IMG/VR virus record: IMGVR_UViG_3300013426_000016
Coordinates: 139,857 to 203,856 of that record
Direction: 5' to 3' (one strand)
Source: a virus
Lineage: Duplodnaviria > Caudoviricetes
DNA: 64,000 nucleotides
Positions within the stretch are counted from its first letter, which is position 1. Each line of letters opens with the position of its first letter. Under the pieces are notes generated by a model. It had not been told where the DNA came from and ran no database searches. It worked only from the letters and a program-made list of their open reading frames with translations. Made by a program: the position numbers and the translations under genes. Shown here one piece after another: positions 62,512 to 64,000 of this stretch.

Positions 62512-63475
62512 TTATCGTTTTTTTCAAATGTCCCGAATCACAATACTTGAGCCATCCGTAATAGCTGCCCATGGCATTCTGCTTCTCTTTTTCCGTCATG
62601 CCTTTCCGGTTGCAAGATACGATTTTTCTGAATATGTTCCTCTTCGTGCGCTTCCGCAACCTCGTGTGGGTGTGGTAGAAGACGTATCCGAGGAAGTCTA
62701 TCCCACGGGCATCAACTTGAAAAATCTGCCAGTTGCCTTTTATGGTCAGCTTCAGCTCCTTTTCCGTGTATTCCCTTATGTCCCCGAAAAGGGTGCGGAG
62801 ATATTCCTTGTCCCCCAATACTACCATGTCATCCGCATAACGGAAATAATGTTTCACCCCTTTCGCCTCTTTCATCCAGTGGTCGAAGTCCGACAGGTAT
62901 ACATTGGCCAGATACTGGCTCAGATAGTTCCCTATCGGCAGCCCGGGAGAACTGTCTATCACTTCGTCAAGGACGCGCAACAGACGCGCGTCTCCTATCT
63001 TCTTCCGGATTTTTGTTTTCATTATGTCATGGTCTACGGACGGATAGTATTTCTTGATGTCCCATTTCAGACAGTATTCCGTCCCCTCGACGTCTCTCAA
63101 CGCCCTTTTTACGGCCTTGACCCCGGCATGTATCCCCCGGCCCTTTATGCAGGCGTATGTGCAGCTCGCGAACGTGCTCACCCATATCGGCTCAAGGACA
63201 TTCATGATGGCATGATGCGCAATCCTGTCAGGGAAATACGGAAGTTTGAATATCTCCCTTTCCTTGGGGTCATGAATCAAGAACGTCCTGTAAGGTGATG
63301 TCCGGTATGTCCCCTCTCGCAGCCAACGTTGCAGCTTCTCAAGGTTCTGCATCTTGTTCCTGTCATGGATGCGTATTCCCCATCTGCATCTTTTGCCCTT
63401 TCTCGCCTTTTCATCCGCAAGGAGAAGATTCTCCATGCTTGCAATCCGGGCCATGAGATTGTCGTGTCTCTTCAT
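62366..63475 (-). CDS. DGR reverse transcriptase
   Basis: MKR..ARKGK..PKEREI..DRIAHHA..GRG.H..DIKKYYPS..GLPIGNYLSQ..RYADD; the SQ motif is typical of DGR RTs. Confidence 0.93.
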   Translation of the reverse strand: MKRHDNLMARIASMENLLLADEKARKGKRCRWGIRIHDRNKMQNLEKLQRWLREGTYRTSPYRTFLIHDPKEREIFKLPYFPDRIAHHAIMNVLEPIWVSTFASCTYACIKGRGIHAGVKAVKRALRDVEGTEYCLKWDIKKYYPSVDHDIMKTKIRKKIGDARLLRVLDEVIDSSPGLPIGNYLSQYLANVYLSDFDHWMKEAKGVKHYFRYADDMVVLGDKEYLRTLFGDIREYTEKELKLTIKGNWQIFQVDARGIDFLGYVFYHTHTRLRKRTKRNIFRKIVSCNRKGMTEKEKQNAMGSYYGWLKYCDSGHLKKTINEKGNGKIIKQSASCGRGEVGRGKLCGPLQHRRSCGHGRRRQGAGCQV

Positions 63476-63606
63476 CGTGTTGGCATAATTAATCTGACTT
63501 TCATCCTCGCTACTAATCCGATTTGCCCGTGTCGTGCTTTTTTACCAAGAGGTAGGGTTTCCAAGTGCACGGCTTTTTTCATCCCGTTGTAATTGTTCAT
63601 ATGCTT

Positions 63607-63725
63607 TCAGAGACGGGAACCGATATTCGCATTCGTATTCGCAGGCGCATTATTCGAATTGACGCACGCGATACCCGCATTCGCGCCATTATTCGCACTG
63701 CCGCCGACGTTCGCACCGCGCACTG
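63607..63725 (-). ncRNA. DGR template repeat (TR)
   Basis: Reads GGSANNGANAGIACVNSNNAPANTNANIGSRL with AAT codons; directly upstream of the RT with a CCTCTTGG spacer motif. Confidence 0.88.
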
Positions 63726-63743
63726 TGGACAACCTTTTCTTCA

Positions 63744-64000
63744 TCATTCGAACCTCATCGCGCCTCTCGACAGCCTGCGCAAGGTCACTTTCCGTGGGAA
63801 CTTCCCGAGTTCGGCCAGCTTGTCAAGGACATAGAAGATTTCGGGAGACCCCGTCCACACCTTGAACGCCTCGCTGTCGGGGTCATCAAGGGTGGATTTT
63901 GCCTTGAACAGATACTTCCGTTTCCCGTCTTTTCCCATGATGTCGGGGAAATAGTCGATTACCCAGAACGTCCTGTCAACAAGGTCGGACTGACGCTTCC
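63744..64000 (-). CDS. DGR-associated accessory protein, 5' truncated
   Basis: Open to the window end (..FWVIDY..KVWTGS..FPRKVTL); stop lies just upstream of the TR. Confidence 0.65.
   Translation of the reverse strand, partial: KRQSDLVDRTFWVIDYFPDIMGKDGKRKYLFKAKSTLDDPDSEAFKVWTGSPEIFYVLDKLAELGKFPRKVTLRRLSRGAMRFE

Noticed and set aside
1-63606. DGR variable repeat within the window
   Set aside because: I saw no second copy of the TR-like sequence by eye; a local alignment would confirm
43600-63900. Many long overlapping or antisense ORFs (e.g. 44734-45540, 56774-57538, 62480-63298)
   Set aside because: Shadow frames of GC-rich genes or noncoding DNA, without motifs or coupled starts

Overview
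The window holds parts of two different Bacteroidota phages joined at about 42.3-43.1 kb. (1) 1-~42.7 kb is an AT-rich crAss-like (Crassvirales-type) phage whose late and repL-like genes read TGA as Trp, so many fragments in the ORF track are single genes. It carries tail fibres, a portal with a group I intron, terminase, GroES, an intein-containing nuclease, virion enzymes, an amidase, three Rep/iteron modules, ClpP and a tRNA/ncRNA region. That region has a tRNA-Leu(UAA) split in its D-loop by a group I intron that appears to end in A instead of G, a circularly permuted anticodon-less tRNA mimic with YrlA Y-RNA-like topology, and four CAGCATT hairpin units plus an attenuator upstream of a DUF2828/TROVE-like vWA gene. 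Two modules are flanked by 31-42 bp duplications of the upstream gene's 3' end. (2) ~43-64 kb is a GC-richer standard-code phage with a C-skewed gene block, a putative terminus region, replication/recombination genes (DnaB with a class 3 intein), lysis genes and a diversity-generating retroelement (RT + TR; target outside the window). All calls come from reading the sequence by eye; no searches were run.
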